From: the human T2T-CHM13v2.0 reference genome, Homo sapiens | Length of the DNA stretch: 64,000 nucleotides | Reading direction: 5' to 3' (one strand) | Assembly: GCF_009914755.1 (NCBI RefSeq) | Contig: NC_060941.1 | Shown here: one piece after another, positions 28,812-42,427 of the stretch | Numbering within the stretch: the stretch's first letter is position 1 | Layout: each line of letters starts with the position of its first letter | Position numbers and translations under genes: made by a program | Notes under the pieces: generated by a model | Told to the model about the DNA's origin: nothing | The model's input: the letters and a program-made list of their open reading frames with translations, nothing else | Database searches by the model: none

Positions 28812-31800
28812 TGCAGGTTTTGGAAAGGACTACAAGTGAAGTCCAGGATGTTCTAAGAAGGACGTGCTTGCTTTTGTGTGGAAAATAAAACCTTACATTC
28901 TTTGGGGGAATAAGGAGAGATTCCTCTGGGGAAAATAATGAGATTATTTTTGGAAAGATATTTTTAAAACTTAGGAAGGCGATATAAGGGGCAGAATGTT
29001 AAAACACTTCAGGTGAAACACTTGGCTAGATAAATAGATAAATTATTTGGTTAAAAGACTCACAGGTGATACGGATATGGAACAGTAACTAAAATAAGGA
29101 TAATTAAAAAAACAAGATTTAATACTTTAAGATTGAGAAATAATCATAATAATCAGATTAACATGCTTCAGGTAAGGAACAAAACTCTACTGGTTGTAGA
29201 CCCAGAGTATAAGAAAATGGACTACTTTCTCCTTAGCTCAGTGTATGTAATAACTGGCACCCAGTTTAAGTGGTAGAACTATAATCATGGTAAGTAATAA
29301 AAAGCCATCACCTGGCAAATTGAATTCAGATAACCTACCCTTCTCATAGAATAATAATGTTAAAAGTTTCTAAGAAAAATGAAAGCTAATATATACAATC
29401 ATAATCAAAACCCTCCAGTTTTGATTGAATCATAATTAAAAACCATAGAACAAAATGCTAGCACTCAACTAAATGTTTATACTGTATTAGTTTCAATGAA
29501 AGAAGCAGATTAGAGAATTTTCATATGGATATTAAAAATTAGTATTTTCAGAAACAAAAAGGAGAGCTATTTTGAGCTGATGGTGTAAGCATCCGAACTC
29601 ATGAAAGTCATAATAGTTAATAATAATTGTTAAGCAATTAACGCTTTGCAAAAATGTTAGTGGTCTTAAAAAAAAAACAAAAACAGGATCCTAAATAGGG
29701 GTTAGGATTTCATCTTCAACTCATTCTATTGCTTTTCAGTTTGTAGTACAGTTTGAGACTTTTATAAAACTCTTCTTTAAAATATAATACAATAAAGAAG
29801 ACAAGCTACTTAAGAAGCCATGCTTAGGAACGTTAGGTGAACACTGACGCTCCTCACAAAATAAGTGGATGCCTTGTGCATTCTGGGTTGGCCCCCAGGA
29901 GGCTGGCATAGAGATGGGCACAGGGGTCATGTGGAATATTCCCAGGTACTAATATGCATCAGGCATTGGGTAGTGTGGGACAGTGGTAGGAGACACTCGT
30001 CCCTTGGCAGCAGGCAAGCTCAACTGACATTCCAACTTCAGTCCTGCCCATGTTTCTAACTATGGACATTCTGGCAAAATGGCAGTATCTTTCCTTGAAA
30101 AATGGCCACTAGGTGACTAGGCTGAGTGGGGAAAACTATATTAATATTGAAGAGGCAAGGTTAATACATAATCACTTATTATTTCAATGTTTTAAGCGGA
30201 CTAAACTCCAGCACTCACCACCACTGCAGTGTATGCATCGTCTCCATTCTTTTCTTAAGATAAAAAAAAATGTGATTCTGATGGAAATGATATTTGGGGG
30301 CGTGCCCAGAGATGATGCAAACACTGCAGTGGTGGCGAGGGTGAGTGCTGCAGATCTCAGAACGGGGCACAGGTCTCAGGTGTGCCAAAGTTTCAGTGTA
30401 CACGGTCTATTAGGTCCTACAGGCTTGATAAAATCATGAAAAGTAAGCAGCTTCCTCTAAAGGAGGAAAATCTTTAAAATATTTTCCAAATTTAATCTTA
30501 TGCTCTCTGAGGTACCAACACATTCATTACTAATGCATTCATTTTCTTTTTTTCAGAGAGGGATTTTTAAAAACCCAACAGAGTTAAGCACTTTGCTTTT
30601 AGTGTTCTCATCAGCCTAATGAGATATGAGTTAGAGATTCCAACAAACTATCACTTAAATATGGAGAGATCCAATCCACAGTCTTGTTTTATAATGCTCA
30701 TTTTTAAATAATCTGACATGCTTCTCTGAACTGACTGGCATTGTAGACTAATGCTTCTCAAATGCCAGTTCACAGATATAAATATTTAGAAGTTGGCAAA
30801 CAAAATATTATCAATGTAAGGTTATCATCCTAACTTTTATGAGAAGGATGGACTATCTTTGATTATATTACATCCTTTCTAAGAATTTTTTGGTGTTGCG
30901 CTGTCCCTTGATTAATGAAATGATGGTAATAGTATATGATAGTTGTTACTAGTTGCTTTTTCCTTCTCCACCTTCAAGTCTTTTCTTGGGAAAACAGTTA
31001 GCAACCCTGTGCCTCTCCAAGCTTTTCAGGGAGATTTTATCACCTTGTGAACACCCAAAAACATGGTGTCTGAAGCAATAATTTGTTCCACCTTCCAAAC
31101 CTTTTTTCATTCTTCCCTGCCTCCTTTCCTCTTTCTCTATGGCAATTTTAGTGCTGATACTATAATAATTCACATTCGTTAAGTGCTTTAGTGTGTACTA
31201 GGTACTATACTGAACACATTTTTGGCATTGTTTTACTTAATAGTTAAAACCATCCTATGAGGTTAGTACTGCTCCTCCATTTGACAAATGAGGAAATTGA
31301 ATTCCAAAGAGGGCGGGTAACTTGCTCAAGGTCACGGAAGTGGTAGGGCTGGTATTCAAATCCAGGGGTGCTGGACTCCAGAGCTCAGGCTTTCTTCTGC
31401 ATTAACTTACATTTAATTTGTTTTAACATCAACTAATCAGGCTTCTTCATACATTCCTTTAGATAAATACTCCTGTTTACACTCTCATTATTTAGGCATT
31501 TTTATTAGCTATCTTATATCTCACTCTCGGTCTGCTTCCCCCATTTAACGTAAAGCGAAATAAGCAGGATGTTAGGATATGCCAACTGGGGATTTTTAAT
31601 GTTTTAATTTAAACTTTAACTTTTGGCCTAAATAGATTTCTTTTGATTGCAAGAATCTTTTTCAGTGGATTAAAAGGATATTTCTCCATGTTCCTTCCTC
31701 AAGGAAGGGCTGGAATAATGGCAATCAAGACATAATCATCATTTCTTACATAAACATATACGACTCTTCATTTGGACAAAGACTTTTTGCTTTTCTAATG

Positions 31801-31829
31801 GGATGTGAATTAGTAGAACTGAAATTTTA

Positions 31830-32380
<551 letters not shown>

Positions 32381-33015
32381 TCTTTTTGTTGTTGTTGTTA
32401 CTACTATTATGTGGCATTATGTGGTAGTATGGTAAATTCTAGTTTACTAACCAAATACCACTGTATATATATATAAAAATATGAAGACAAGCTGATTTTA
32501 ACAATCATTAGATATGCTCACAAAACCAAATGGCTTAACTTACCTACCTGCAAAGTAAAGATAAGTAGTATTTATTTGTTCTAGAATCACTTATACAAGT
32601 AAGGAATACTTGGAGTTCCTTAAATGATACTACTGGATATCACTATAATAACTTATGCTGAAAAAGTACTCTGAGCATCATATTTCAAATAGAGACAGGC
32701 ATTCAATTATTGGCCTTTCTTATACTAAAACTACAACAGTAAGTACAAATAGCAAGTTATGGATGTAGGGACTTAGAATTCTCTTTGTCCTAAAAAGAGT
32801 CAACAGTTGAGCCGCAGACTTAACCTAGAATTATTTGTCATTTTGAATTTTGTTTGAAGAAGCCTTTGGTAGAGCAAAATGGAGTATTACCAAAAAAGCA
32901 CAGATAGTACCAAACTGCTTACATCACAAATGTAGGTGTGTATCTCCTGTCCTTGTGAAGTATGTTTCAGCCTGGGCTTGTTCAAGTGTATAGGCTGGTT
33001 TTACAACATCTGAGA

Positions 33016-33048
33016 GTGTGTGTATGTGTGTGTGTGTGCATGTGTGTG
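33016..33048. repeat. Imperfect (TG)n microsatellite
   Basis: GTGTGTGTATGTGTGTGTGTGTGCATGTGTGTG. Confidence 0.85.
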
Positions 33049-33266
33049 TTGTTTCAAATGGTTAAATATGCCTAATTTTTCTTGATTTTTAATGACTGAA
33101 ATATTAAAACCATATTGTTTATTTGTATACCCATAAAAATATGATACCATTCCACAAAAAAAAACTGAAAAGAATGAAGTTTAACTTGAAAGTGCCAAGG
33201 CTTTTATGTGGAGGTTTCATTTTTGTTTTGGTTTTACCCTGTTTTGTGTCTTTTAATGTTGCTTAC

Positions 33267-33329
33267 CTGTGAAGATTTGGCAAGCTTCTGAGTGTATTCC
33301 TTCTCAATCTGCTTCAGCTTGCTGTTGGC
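33267..33329 (-). CDS. CEP112: Internal coding exon (63 nt, phase 0/0) of centrosomal protein 112 kDa: ANSKLKQIEKEYTQKLAKSSQ
   Basis: Minus strand has acceptor ...GTGTTTTTCAG|GCC and donor TCACAG|GTAAGC, with 21 open codons. It splices in frame to the 25665-25814 exon. Peptide recognised from memory as the CEP112 C-terminal coiled coil. Confidence 0.93.
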
Positions 33330-34557
33330 CTGAAAAACACATGTACATGAACACATACACAGTGACCTGTGAGCTTGGTATCTCTTCCACATGCCTATCA
33401 CCAGGCAGCTGGGATGCCTGCCAGCTGCACCGCCCTTCTGGGGCAGCCAGAAAACCACAGGGCTTGTCTTTGATGTTACGCCAACTATTCATCACTTAAA
33501 AAGCAAAAAAAAAAAAAAGATCTCTTCTGCCAATTATTAGACAAACATAAGACTTCTGTGGATAGAAAGAGAAAGGGAGAAAGAGAGACAGAAATAGACA
33601 CAGCAAAAGTATGAAGGCTCAGAAGGTAAAGTAAGGGAAAGAGAGAAGAAACAAGAGGGGCAAGGAAAAGGGAGAGGGAAGTGAAGGAAGAAGAAAGGAA
33701 GGTAAATTTAATACTTTTTCACCTTAATTAAAAAAATAAAAGGAATAGATGCTTCTGGACAAAGGAGATATGGGATTTTGAGAATCACTGAGCAGAGGTG
33801 AGCCCCTACTCTGCCAAATACATAAGAGCTAATTTTTACAGTGACAAATGTATCTAAATCAAACAAGTTTTAAGTTTTATGTCCTGGAAATAGGGTGGCC
33901 TTTCCACAATCAGTCCACATTGCTTAGAACTTGGTTATCCCCTCTGCCACTCAAGTTCCAATTCTTTTTATGTGATCTGTTTTCTGCTCTCTGGAAACTT
34001 TTGGGATCTTTATTTCATCGTCAAGGTTTAAAAATGTCACAGTGACGTGCCCTAGACTGTGTCTTTTCCCCATCAATCATGCGGGCACTAAAGAGGCTCT
34101 TTCACTCTGAACTTGTGTCCTTTACTACTGGGAAAGGCTGGTCATTACTCTCATGATTTCTCTCGTCTCTCTGTACGTCTGTTTCTCTCCCTGAGTATGT
34201 CTCTCCCTGCAACTCTGATTTTGTACCTCTTAGATTTAGTGTCTCTTTTTCTTGTTGTTTCTATGTTCCATTTGTCTTTTTGATTATTCTTAGAATTTCC
34301 TCAACTTTTACCTAAAACTTTATATTCTGCCATCATATTCATAATTCCCAACAGTTCCTTTTTGTTCTTTGAACAGCATCATCATTAACATCCCTCTTTT
34401 TACAGATGAGAAAACGAAGACACAGAGAGGGTAAGTAACTTGCCCAGCATCACACAGCTAGGAAGTGATGAAGCCAGGACACAAACTCACACTTTGGCTG
34501 CAGAGCACAGGTGCTCCACCAGTGAGAGCACTGCGTCATGCCTTGCAATACAGTCCT

Positions 34558-34601
<44 letters not shown>

Positions 34602-34663
34602 CTGTTCCTTTCATCCATCCATCCATCCATCCATCCATCCATCCATCCATCCATCCATCCATC
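34558..34663. repeat. Compound tetranucleotide STR (TCTA)11 ... (CATC)13
   Basis: Perfect (TCTA)11 at 34558-34601 and (CATC)13 at 34612-34663. Confidence 0.97.
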
Positions 34664-35489
34664 ATCTGTCTATATGTCTATAACTATCTATCTACACATA
34701 TATTTTAATTTTTTTCTGCTCAGTAGAGTGTGTGTGTGTGTTTCTGAGTTCCCTTTGTTTATTTACTTTCACCTGTCTGTTTTGGTCTTTGTCTTTCACT
34801 TTAGATACTTTCCTCAAATATCTGGTGATCTTTGATGTCCTTTCTTATTCAAAGTGAGGTCTCCAAAGCTGGATAGAAGAATCTTGCATATATGTATGGG
34901 TTTGTGGATGGGTGGGCATCACTGCAGGGTGTGTTACAAAGGGGCCTGGACTCTCCCATGCCAGCATCTGACTGGATTTCCCTCTTGGATCAGTTTGCCC
35001 AGAGCTGCATCCTCCAGTTTCCTGCCAGGCAGCACAAATCTGATGGCCAGTATTTTCAGAAGGGCATCAAGGTGTTCAGGAGAGTGACTCTCGTGCAAGG
35101 CTAGCCTCACATTTCTCCTCAACTGTACCTGAGGCCCTTTCTCATTCCACCTCTCCAGAGAACAAACCAGGGATAGGGATGGGGGCAGTCTTGGGATAAA
35201 ATCTGGGCCATCTGTCCCAAATGCAGACTTTCAACCAATCTTCCAGTTCTTCACTTCACCCCATACCCAGTCTCTCCAATTCCTGAACCTTCCCAAAGTT
35301 CTACCACAGGAAAGATCTTGCTGCTTCTAATGGGTATCCTTCAGGTCTTCCTTCCCCCAGAAATTGTTCAGTTTTTAGGATTATTAGTTCTGCTAAGTTA
35401 ATTTCAGGCCCAGCCTTTTTCAAGTTCTCAATGCTATTGATTTCTTATGTGTATGGTTGTCTCTTATTTTCTTTGAAAAAATATATAGT

Positions 35490-35621
35490 ATAAAAATCTT
35501 GATGCCTGAGTCTCATCTGCAGAGGTTCTGATTCAATTTATCTGGGCTACAGGCTGGACACTAGGATTTTTAAAAATCTCTGCTGCTATTTCAAAAGTTC
35601 AGCCAAGGTTAAAAACCACTG
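35490..35621. mobile_element. MER5-type hAT MITE fragment
   Basis: CAGAGGTTCTGATTCAATT..CTGGG and terminal CAGCCAAGGTTAAAAACCACTG. Confidence 0.7.
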
Positions 35622-36924
35622 GTTCATGCCTTTTTCAATTTCCTTACTTTCATTTTGATGGGACTTCCTCAGGGAGTAGAGATAAAAACAGGTGAGTTCT
35701 GTCCACTACCTTTAGTTGGAAGCAAATGATTTGTTTATTTTCATATCACAAATAGGGTGAGGAAGCAATCCCGTGCTCACAGCCCACTCCAGGCTCACCT
35801 CTATGGTAGTACTAAGGCTGAATTAGTCATTGTTGGTTAACCTGTCTTTTTCCCACTAGATAATGAGATCCTAGAAGGCAGCTCCTAGCCCCTAACATAG
35901 TGTTTGGGGCATAATTGTCCATCTAATGAATGAGTGGATGCCGTACAAGCCCTTTGCCTCTTCTATCGCCTCAGTCCATACCTTTGAAGTTTTCTTTTCA
36001 TAACCATTTTTTTATGGACTTAAGTTCAAAACCAATTCTTTAGAGTTCATTCCATAAATCTCTTTGTATCTATAATCCCATCGAGTACACAGGGTAGTTC
36101 TGTTTCTTCCAGAATAGAGAGGGCATGTGACTATTGCTATTTTTCTAGTAAGTCATCAGACTTGACTCCAGCTCTATTATGATTAAAGCCACTCTCCACC
36201 AGAATTAGGGCTACTCTGAACCTCTTGAGGTTTATTTGTCTTGGCTCACATTCTGTCACTATTTTTTTTTGTCACAAAATGCTTAATAAAGTATTTGTTG
36301 CTTTTAAAATAAACGCTTAATAGAACTCATACCATGTCCCAGGCACTGTTCTAAGTGCTTTAAAAATATTCACCCACTAGAAAATCTAAAAATTAATTCT
36401 AGTGTCATAAAGATGAGGTTACTTTTCCCTAAAAATGCTAGAGTCACGGATAATAGTTAGTGCAGGAAGGCCTGTGTCTTGGTGTGAGCTACTCTTCATG
36501 AGTTTATGGCCAGCCCCCAAATCTCACAAACCCAATGAAGCTCCTTTATAACTAAATATCCAATTCATTCATCCACTCTAGGCAGCTGGACAGCAGCAAT
36601 GAACAAAACAGCCAAGAATCTCTCTCCATTTTTATGAAACATCTAGAGAGTAAACAAAGTAACTTTGAAAAGTTACATGGTGCAAGGCCTATGGAGAAGT
36701 ATCAATCAAGAAAGAGAGAGAGGAAGTGATAAAAGTTAGGGGGTACTTTATAATTTTAAAAATACTGAAGTAACAGATGGCCTCCCTGAGAGGGTGACGT
36801 ATGAACAAAGACCTGTAGGAGATGAGGGTAACCTCTAGGGAAACAGCATTCCAGGCAGAAGGAAGAACCCATGCAAAGGCCCTGAGGCAGAGGCATGCAC
36901 AGCATGTTCAAGACACAGTATGGA

Positions 36925-37250
36925 GGCCAAGAGCAGTGGCTCACACCTGTAATCCAGCACTTTGGGAGGCTGAGGCTGGCAGATCACTTTAGGCCAGGAG
37001 TTCGAGACCAGCCTGGCCAAAATGGTGAAACCCTGTCCCTACAAAAAATACAAAAATTAGCCAGGTGTGGTGGTGCATGCCTGTAATCCCAGCTACTTGG
37101 GAGGGTGAAGCAAGAGAATCATTTGAACTGGGAGGCGGAGGTTGCAGTGAGCTGAGATCGTGCCACTGTGCTGCAGCCTGGGCAACACAAGCTTCTGTCG
37201 CAAAAAATAAAATAAAATAAAATAAGATAAAATAAAATAAAATACAATAC
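36925..37250 (+). mobile_element. Alu (AluS/Sz-like) with (AAAAT)n tail, inserted in L2
   Basis: Dimeric Alu; TSD-like ACAGTATGGA/ACAGTGTAGA; L2-type sequence on both flanks. Confidence 0.9.
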
Positions 37251-37408
37251 AGTGTAGAGGTCAGTGTGGTTGGATCAGTGCAACCAGTGGAGCACTGGCT
37301 CCTTCAGACAACACAGGGCTGTGAGAGAACCAGGTCCTGCACGGTGTTGAACGTGATTGTAAGGAATTCGGCTTTTAAGATCACTGAAACAGAGTCACTG
37401 AAGGGGTT

Positions 37409-38082
37409 TGTGTTAGTCCATTCCTGCACTGCTACAAACCAAACACTGCATGTTCTTACTTGTAAGTGGGAGCTGAACGGTGAGAACACATGGACACATG
37501 GGGGCGGGACCCACTGGAGCCTGTTGGGGGTTGCGGGGAGGGAGAGCATCAGGAAGAATAGCTAATGCGTGCTGGGCTTGATACCTAGGTATGGGTTGGT
37601 CTGTGCAGCAAACCACCATGGCACACGTTTACTATGTAACTAAACTGCACATCCTGTACATGTAGCCCAGAACTTAAAATAAAAGTTGAAAAAGAAAAAA
37701 AAATACAAATAAAAATAATAAAAAGAGAAATACCCAAGTCTGGGTTAATTTATAAACAAAAGAGGCTTAATTTGCTCATGGTTCTGCAGGGTGTACGGGA
37801 AGCATGGCTGGGGAGGTCCCAGGTAACCTGCAATCGCAGTGGAAGTTGAAGGGGAAACATGCATATCTTCACATGCCCAGAGCAGGAGAAAGAGAGGTGG
37901 AGAGGTAATACACACTTTCAAACAACCAGATTGCATGACAACTCACTCACTGTTATAAGAACAGCACCAAGGGGGAAATCTGCCCCTATGATCCAACCAC
38001 TTCCCACCAGGCCCCACATCCAACACTGGGGATTACAATTTGACCTGAGATTTGGGCGGGGACACACACCCAAACCATTTCA
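37409..38082 (-). mobile_element. MST (MaLR) solo LTR interrupted by an L1 3' end
   Basis: TGTGTTAGTCCATT...CCAAACCATTTCA termini; 5-bp TSD GGGTT at 37404-37408 and 38083-38087. Confidence 0.85.
37436..37722 (+). mobile_element. 5'-truncated L1PA (L1PA13-16-like) 3' UTR with poly-A
   Basis: CATGTTCTTACTTGTAAGTGGGAGCTGAAC, CAAACCACCATGGCACACG, AATAAA and an A tail. Confidence 0.88.
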
Positions 38083-38711
38083 GGGTTTCAGTATAGGAGA
38101 AATATATCCTTTGACATAGGTTTTAATAAGGCCACTCCAGCTTTTGTTTGGGGCAAGAATGAAGCAAGTAAGACAGTTAGGAGGGTACTGCAAATAATCT
38201 AGGATGGCAATAGAGGAGGTGGTGAGAAGGGGTCAGATTGGAGAAAAATTAGAAAGTAGAACCAACTGGACATACCGTATAATGGAAAGAGATGAGTCAA
38301 GGATGACTTCAAGATTTTTGTCCTAAGCAACTAGATGAATGAGGTTGTCATTACCTAACATGGGAAAAGTTACAGGTGAAATAGGGTTTGCAGAGAAGTT
38401 TAATAAGTTTGTACTTATTAAACTTGGAGATGCCTATTAAATGTGCAGTATTGAAGTATCTGGGTATTCAAGTCTTGAGTTTATGGTTTAAGGTCTAGGT
38501 TAAAACTATGAATTCAGAAGTCATCAGTTTATATAGGGTGTGTGAAACCATGCTACTGGATGAGATCCCAAGATATCCAGTGTATATACTGGATGAGATC
38601 CCAAGTATACACAAGAAAGCAGAGGTCTAAGTATACTCAGCCCTGGGCCTGCAAATGTTAGGAGGCTGGGACATGAGGAGGAAACAGACAGAAGTAATAG
38701 CCACAGAGTCA

Positions 38712-39082
<371 letters not shown>

Positions 39083-39476
39083 CTACTCAGTTGTGTCAAA
39101 TGCTACAGAGAGGCCATAGAAAGTGAGGCCTGAGAATTGATCACAGTAGTTTGGCAACATGGAGGTCACTGGTGATAAGGATAAAAGAAATTTTGTTGTA
39201 GTGGGAGACATGAAATCTGGATTAAAGGAAATTCAGAGAGGAGAGGCATTGGAATTTGTTCAGAATTTTATTAAAAGGGAAGGTGAGAAATGAGATGGAA
39301 GCTGCCCAAGAAGCGGGTGAATAGAGAGGTGAATTGTTTTGTTTTTTGGTAAGTTGAGGAAATTAACAGCATGTTTGTAGGCTGATAGGAAAGATCTAGC
39401 AGTAGAGAGGGAGGAAAAAAACCAGATGATGCCAGAGCTTTCCTAGAGACATGTCCTTGAGTTAAGGGGAGGGCTA

Positions 39477-39854
39477 TGTCATGGAGTGAACTGTGTCCTC
39501 CCCAAATTCCTATGTTATGTTGCAACCCTAAACCCCAATTTGACTGTATTTGGAGATAGGGCCTTTGGTGAGGTAATTAAGGCAAAATGAGGTCATAAGG
39601 GTGGGGCCCTACTCCAACAGGATAGGTGTCATTATAAGAAGAGGAAGAGACACCCATCTTTCTCTGCCTGTCTCTCTGTATGCACACACAGGAAAGGAAA
39701 CAGCAAGAATGTAGCAAGAGGCCTCAGGAAAGCAATCCTGATACCACCTTGATCTTGGGCTTCTAGCTTCCAGAGCTGTGAGAGAATGAATTTCTATGGT
39801 TTAAGCCACCCAGTCTGTGGTGTTCTGTTATGGCAGCCCAAGCCAGCTACTACA
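39477..39854 (+). mobile_element. MLT1A/B-like (MaLR) LTR
   Basis: TGTCATGGAGTGAACTGTGTCCTCCCCAAATTC start; TTTAAGCCACCCAGTCTGTGG..GTTATGGCAGCCC..TACA end. Confidence 0.85.
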
Positions 39855-40614
39855 GGGTGGGACGAGGGGAGGAGATGGCCTCTGCTGGAAGTGCAGGCAA
39901 ATGATCCCCCAGGAACAATGATGGGAGCTTCTGATTGCTCTCATTATCTCTGCAAAGTAGGAAGAAAGATTCATCAGCTGAGCATGAGGATGGTAGAAAA
40001 CATCTTTGGGAAATTTCAGAAGTGAAGGAAGGCATAAAATAGTCATCTAAAAAAAGCAGGAAAGGGAAAAGACAGAGAAATCCAGTATGAGTCCCAGGAC
40101 TCCAGGAAGCATCAGGACCCACTTGAAATTGCCAATGCTGAATTTAAAATGAGGCCAGTCTGTACAGAAGCACTTCTGGAATTTGCTAACAGCTAAATAG
40201 AGTAGAATCAATACTTTAGAGAATACGAGTAACCAAAGGAATAAAATTAACTGATCAACTTTTGTGGTTTTTACTATTAATATTTTCTTCAGTGTAAATC
40301 ATAGCTGCCTGAATTCCTGAACCCCTCTTATATAAATCTAAAAAGCTCTGGTTTATCATGGTTGAAAATTCATGGCTAACTTATCAGGCAAACTGTCCCT
40401 AAAGCATTTTTTGAATAGCTTTAGTATCAAGATGGTACTGAGTGTACATTTCATTTCCCTGCTTAAAGGAAGGCTTAGTTATTTTAAACCAAGTCTTATT
40501 TTTATAGCTATCATTTGTATATAGAAACACAATTTTTAAACAACTACCAGCAGCATAACTTGAACAAATATATAACAGAAGAGGAGGGAACCACAATTTG
40601 GGAACCACATAGTG

Positions 40615-40760
40615 AGACAGGGTCTCACTATGTTGCTCAGGCTGGACTCAAACTCCTAGGCTCAAAGGATCCCTCAGCATCGCAAGTAGCTGGGATTACA
40701 GGTACATGACACTGCCCTTGGCTCTGCTCTATTTTTATTATTTCCTTTCTTCTGCTACTT
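40615..40760 (-). repeat. 146-bp dispersed direct duplicate of 43895-44040 (FLAM monomer plus L1 flank)
   Basis: Ungapped hand alignment with 8 mismatches in 146 bp; includes the Alu/L1 junction of the source. Confidence 0.9.
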
Positions 40761-41461
40761 CTGCAAAGTAGTAGTAGAAATAGTAGTAGTCATAGTAGTA
40801 GTAGTGGTCGTTGTTTTCATCTTTGGTTCTTTCTGACTGTTGCCATTTCTGATTGGTTGTGCCCGTCCTCCTCCAGACAGTATTCAGTTCTCATCTGTTT
40901 TTCTAGGGCTGCTTCCTCAGATCATTCTCCTTATTAAAGAGCCCAATGTATTGGTTCACTTTTAATTCCTAACAAAAGCTTGGGTTTAAAACTCAATTAG
41001 AAAGGGGGAAAAATACGACCAATTTACAAAAGTGTCCATGGTTGTAATTATCTTAATGTGCTACCCTTTTCTTTGCATTATGCCTCAATTTTTAAAAAGT
41101 CCTTCATTCCTTCATTTTCCATTTCCTATCATTAATGGTGAAGGTTCAGGCATTCATGATTTCCAGGAAAGTGATTTGGAGAGAAGAAAATTAGGAGATT
41201 TGTCTAAAATATTTATATTTAAGGCAAGCCCAGATCTTACTATGATAGCTTTAAAATATAATAGCTATGTCTTTAAAATCTTCAAATATCTTTAAAATAT
41301 AATAGCATAAGTTTCTGAATAAAATAGTTGTTTTAGGATGAAAGAAAGCAAGAATGCTTCCCAGATTCTAGAAACATGGCATAAAGCTCAGATAATTATG
41401 CACTACTACTTTCTATTCAAAAGCTTTGTAGGCATCTATTTGAACCTTCTTGGAACACTAT

Positions 41462-42011
41462 TGTCAGAGGCGTATGAACCAGAGCAACTCCATCTTGAAT
41501 AGGGGATGGGTAAAATGAGGCGGAGACCTACTGAGCTACATTCCCAGGAGGTTAAGGCAGTCGAAGTCACAGAATGAGAGAGGAGGTAGGCACAAGATAC
41601 AGGTCATACAGACCTTGCTGATAAAACAAGTTGCAGTAAAGAAGCCAGCCAAAACCCACCAAAACCAAGATGGTGATAAGAGTGACCTCTGGTCGTCCTT
41701 GCTGCTACACTCCCACTGGCACCCTGACAGTTTACAAATGCCAAGGCAATGCCAGGAAGTTACCCTATATTGTCTAAAAAGGGGAGGCATGAATAATCCA
41801 CCCCTTGTTTAGCATGTAATCAAGAAATAACCATAAAAGTGGGCAACCAGCAACCCTAGGGGCTGCTCTGTCTATGGAGTAACCATTCTTTTATTCTTCT
41901 ATTTCCTTGATAAATTTGCTTTTACTTTGCGGACTTAACCCTGAATTCTTTCTTGCGCGAGATCCAAGAACCCTCTCTTGGGGTCTGGATGGAGTCCCCT
42001 TTCATGTAACA
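41462..42011 (+). mobile_element. MER41A solo LTR (ERV1), 550 bp
   Basis: TGTCAGAGGCGTATGAACCAGAGCAACTCCATCTTG...TGTAACA; 4-bp TSD CTAT. AAGGGGAGGCATGAATAATCC lacks the MER41B tandem-GAS insert. Confidence 0.92.
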
Positions 42012-42427
42012 CTATGAATCCAGTTATGGCCAGCCTGGTAAAACTCCGCACCATCCTACCAGCAAAAATATTTAGAAAATTTATAACAAATATTTGTATT
42101 TAATTTTAAATATTTACAAAACATTCAAACTTGAAAATAATCTGTATTTTACTTCAAAATAAATGTGCAAATTTGTAAAACAGTAAAATTCATGACTGCT
42201 GCCCTGGCTGTGATGAAGTAACTGCCACAGTAAACAATGAGAAAACTGGACAAAACAAAGGAGAAACTGTTTTAGGATATCAGGCAACAGGAAGCAGAGG
42301 ATTGTGACCCAAAGAGAAGGGAAACAAATGAGGTAAGCGCTCATTTAGTTGTTCTTTGATTTATTTAATTCTTCTCTGATTCTTTCATCAGAATTCTGTA
42401 GATTTCATCATATAAATCTCATACATA

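Noticed and set aside
33234-33458. 74-aa ORF suggesting an alternative N-terminus for CEP112
   Set aside because: It is the real 63-nt exon read through its flanking intron; good splice sites bound the exon and I see no promoter evidence.
34440-34835. 131-aa ORF
   Set aside because: Open only because it runs through a MIR and the (TCTA)n/(CATC)n microsatellites.
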